Assembly (NCBI GenBank): GCA_026770705.1
Contig: JANJGN010000038.1
Location: 7,626,001-7,690,000 of the forward strand
DNA from: Isurus oxyrinchus
Taxonomy: Eukaryota
Length of the DNA: 64,000 bases
Direction of reading: 5' to 3'
Shown here: positions 61,244-64,000 of the stretch, in pieces
Numbering within the stretch: position 1 is the first letter of the stretch
Layout of the letters: every line of letters begins with the position of its first letter
Notes under the pieces: generated by a model
What the model saw: only the letters and a program-made list of their open reading frames with translations
Told to the model about the DNA's origin: nothing
Databases searched by the model: none
Position numbers and translations under genes: made by a program

Positions 61244-63049
61244 AGTGCTTCTTTTCTTGTTGGATTGGACACATACTACTGTAGTAATTCTTTCCTGAAC
61301 ACAATCTAGCAACATTTGCCCTTCTCCAACTTTTACACTACCACTGTCTCAGTCTCCATTCGGGTGAGTGAAGTCCCTCATTAAAACTACTCTATAATGC
61401 TTGCAAACCTCCATATTATCCCTGGGGATTTGTCATTCTACGCCCTCCTCACTAGCTGGCTGCCTATGGAGTACACCAAGCAATGTAATCGCACTCTTTT
61501 GCTCCTTAGCTCTAGCCAAATTGATTCTGTCCTCGGACTCTGTGGGACATCCTCTTTCTCCAGCACTGCAACGGTCTCCTTAAACAATAAAGCCAACCTC
61601 CTCCTTTCCTTCCTTACCTAACTTTTCTGAATACCTTGTACCAGAAATGTTTAACACCCAGTTCTGCTCTTCCTTGAGCCAGGTCTCTGCTGTCACCAAA
61701 AGATCATATTAGCACCTGGCAACCTGCGTCTGTAATTCCCCAGTTGTATTGACTGTACATCGCGCATTCACATACATGTATAGTAAACATGATTTAGAAT
61801 TTGTTATTTTCTCCCTCACAGAAACCCCACCTACTAACTTATTAATCACTTTTATGGCGTTATATATGTCTCCAAGTATTTTGTGCACCCTGATATTCCT
61901 CATTAATACTCTCCCCTGGTTCAACATCCCGGCCGAGTAAGTTTCAAACCCTCCCAAGGAACCTATTCTCGGTCTTATCGGATGCAACCAGCCGGTTTGT
62001 CCTGGTGCCAACTCCACCAGAGCCAGTCCATGTGCCCCAGCAAACTAAAGCCCTCCCTCCTGCACCATCTTTCCACCACGCATTGATATGCCTTATCTTC
62101 CTATTATGCTTGTTTATGGTGTGGCTGCTGTGAATAAATTCTGGACGGTGTTCCTGTAAAATCCTCACATTCATAGAGCAAATTAAAAGAGGCAGTTTTG
62201 TACATATGTGTATTATAAATCCCCGCATACATCACAGTTTGAGCTGTGCTGGGGAAAGCTTTTGAAGGCCCTACGATATGAAGTTGCTTCGATGTCAAAC
62301 CCGAAGTTGCCTGAGAGCGGGTGACACTTTGTAATAGCTCTGTTGGCTTAAGTGTGCTCAGTACCTGACTTTCTTATGCCCACGAAGAACCAGTTTGTCC
62401 ACTGCCCATTGGAAAATGCCCCCAGTGCTGCCGGGCTGCAGGTTTCGATCCGTGGACTGGGAAGTGTGTTGCAGCACTGAGTTGTTCTCAAGCATTCTGC
62501 TCTCCGACGATGCCATGCACATTTTAGATGTAAAATGAGAGACATGCAGAACTACTGGATGAAATGGGTTACTCTTGGAATCATCGTTTCTGACTTCTAA
62601 TTCCCAGAATCACCTAATCACAATGTCTATCAGCAAACATATATTTCATTTTCCAATTATTTTAGAGTGGCACACTCCATTTAGACCTTTACACAGTGTC
62701 CCCACCCTCCAGCCTCCCACCATATGTTTTCGTTATATCCCCACAGTTTTGTGCATTACAATCTGAAAACAGTTATTGGGGTCATTAAAATTTGCAGAAG
62801 CACAGTCGAACTGCCAGAATGAGTATGGCTCAGGTGTGAAGAAGATTAACAGCAGCAATAACAGCTGATCATCAGACTTTTGTGAACTCAACGATGTAAC
62901 AGCAAGCAGAATAACTGAGTTATCCATTCTCAAGGGCAGAACAGCTAAACTGCTTCTCCTCAGTAAGAATTCCCTTGTTACACAGATAATTGAGAGGTGA
63001 GTCGATCCCCACCTACCCACGAGTCACTGAAATACTTTGTCTCACCTGT

Positions 63050-64000
63050 GAAGCCACGGGTGATCCACAACGTTAAAAAGGAAAGTTGTCAGTAAAAAAC
63101 GAATCTACAGGCCATTTAGTGTAACATCTGTAATAGGAAAATGATAGAATCTATTATTAAAGGCGTTGTAGCAGGGCACTGAGCCAAATTCAAGGTAATT
63201 AGGTAAACTCAGCGCATTTTTGTGAGTGTGAAATCATGTCTGACCAATTTATTGGCTTTCTTTTAAGAAGCAACATGCGTTGCAGATAAAGGGGAACACA
63301 GGGATGTACTATACCTAGAATTCCAGAAGGCTTTTAACAATGTGCCACACCAAAGGTTATTTCAGAAAATAAAAGCTCATTGAAGTAAGATATCGACATG
63401 GATAAGAAGCTTCGCTAGCGAACAGGAAACAGAAAGAGTATATAAATGAGTCATTTTCGGTTTGGATAGATAGAGCTGCGTCATAGCGATCACTGCTGCA
63501 GCCTCAAAACATTGCAATTTCTACAGGTGACTTGAATAAAGGGACCGAAGATATATAGTTGCTAAATTTCCTCGTAATACATTTTTAGGGAGGAAGACAA
63601 GCTGTGAAGATGACGTAAAGGGGCTACAAATGGATACAAATGGGTTAATTGAATGGGCAAAGATCTGACAAATTATTCTTACTTTAGAGAAATGTGAAGT
63701 TGTCCATTTTAGCGTTAAGAATACAAAAAAAAAACATGTTATGAAAATAGCGAAGTATTGCAGAAACTTGAGATGCAGATGAAGCTGAGTGCCCCTTTTC
63801 ATGCATCACGCAGGTACAACAAGCCATTAGGAACGCTAATAGAATGTTATCGTTTATTGTAAAAGGAATTGATTACAAGGTTAGATGGTTATCCTTCAGT
63901 CATATGTGATTCCAGAGAAAGAGCACATCTTGAGTACTCTGTACAGTACTGGCCTCCGATTTTAAGGAAGAGTGCAAAAGCATTGCAAGCTGTTTAGAGA
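63050..64000 (+). mobile_element. decayed CR1 RT fragment
   Basis: aaatcatgtctgaccaatttattgg, gatgtactatacctagaattccagaaggctttt, gagaaatgtgaagttgtccatttt. Confidence 0.85.

Larger units (their letters stand above)
56580..62105 (-). mobile_element. CR1 LINE (ORF1 end, APE endonuclease, RT start) split by the Penelope insertion
   Basis: YVNARC...ELQTQV (61709-62017, APE start); PTRKEAL|LDLFPGNEVGQV...GDSDH rejoined across the insertion; RT remnants 56580-57230; ORF1-like remnant 61944-62105. Confidence 0.85.

Noticed and set aside
62230-63050. Possible coding relic (ORF 62733-63020)
   Set aside because: No recognisable motif or splice structure; left unassigned pending a blastx search.

Overview
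Cartilaginous-fish (shark) genomic DNA; the species cannot be fixed from sequence alone. The left 18 kb holds the 5' part of an unrearranged, apparently functional IgNAR (new antigen receptor, heavy-chain-only antibody) cluster on the minus strand: promoter (octamer between two GC boxes, TATA-like box), leader exon, V exon, D1-D2-D3, J, a 12.3-kb intron, C1, and C2 (cut by the window edge and missed by the ORF track). All eight RSSs can be read and obey the 12/23 rule. The most unusual property is the cysteine layout: an adjacent Cys28-Cys29 pair in germline CDR1, one Cys in a stop-free frame of each D, and a germline Cys at the 5' end of J. The rest of the window is mostly nested retroelements (CR1 and L2-like LINEs, SINEs, a Penelope-like element with a 15-bp target-site duplication and hammerhead-ribozyme motifs). 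It also contains a truncated GPR139/142-like GPCR pseudogene, decayed C2H2 zinc-finger remnants, and a 68-bp minisatellite 22 kb upstream of V whose units spell 23-RSS-like signals in the V orientation. Ig coordinates were counted by hand; repeat boundaries are approximate (tens of bp). Comparisons with known sequences are from memory, not from a search.
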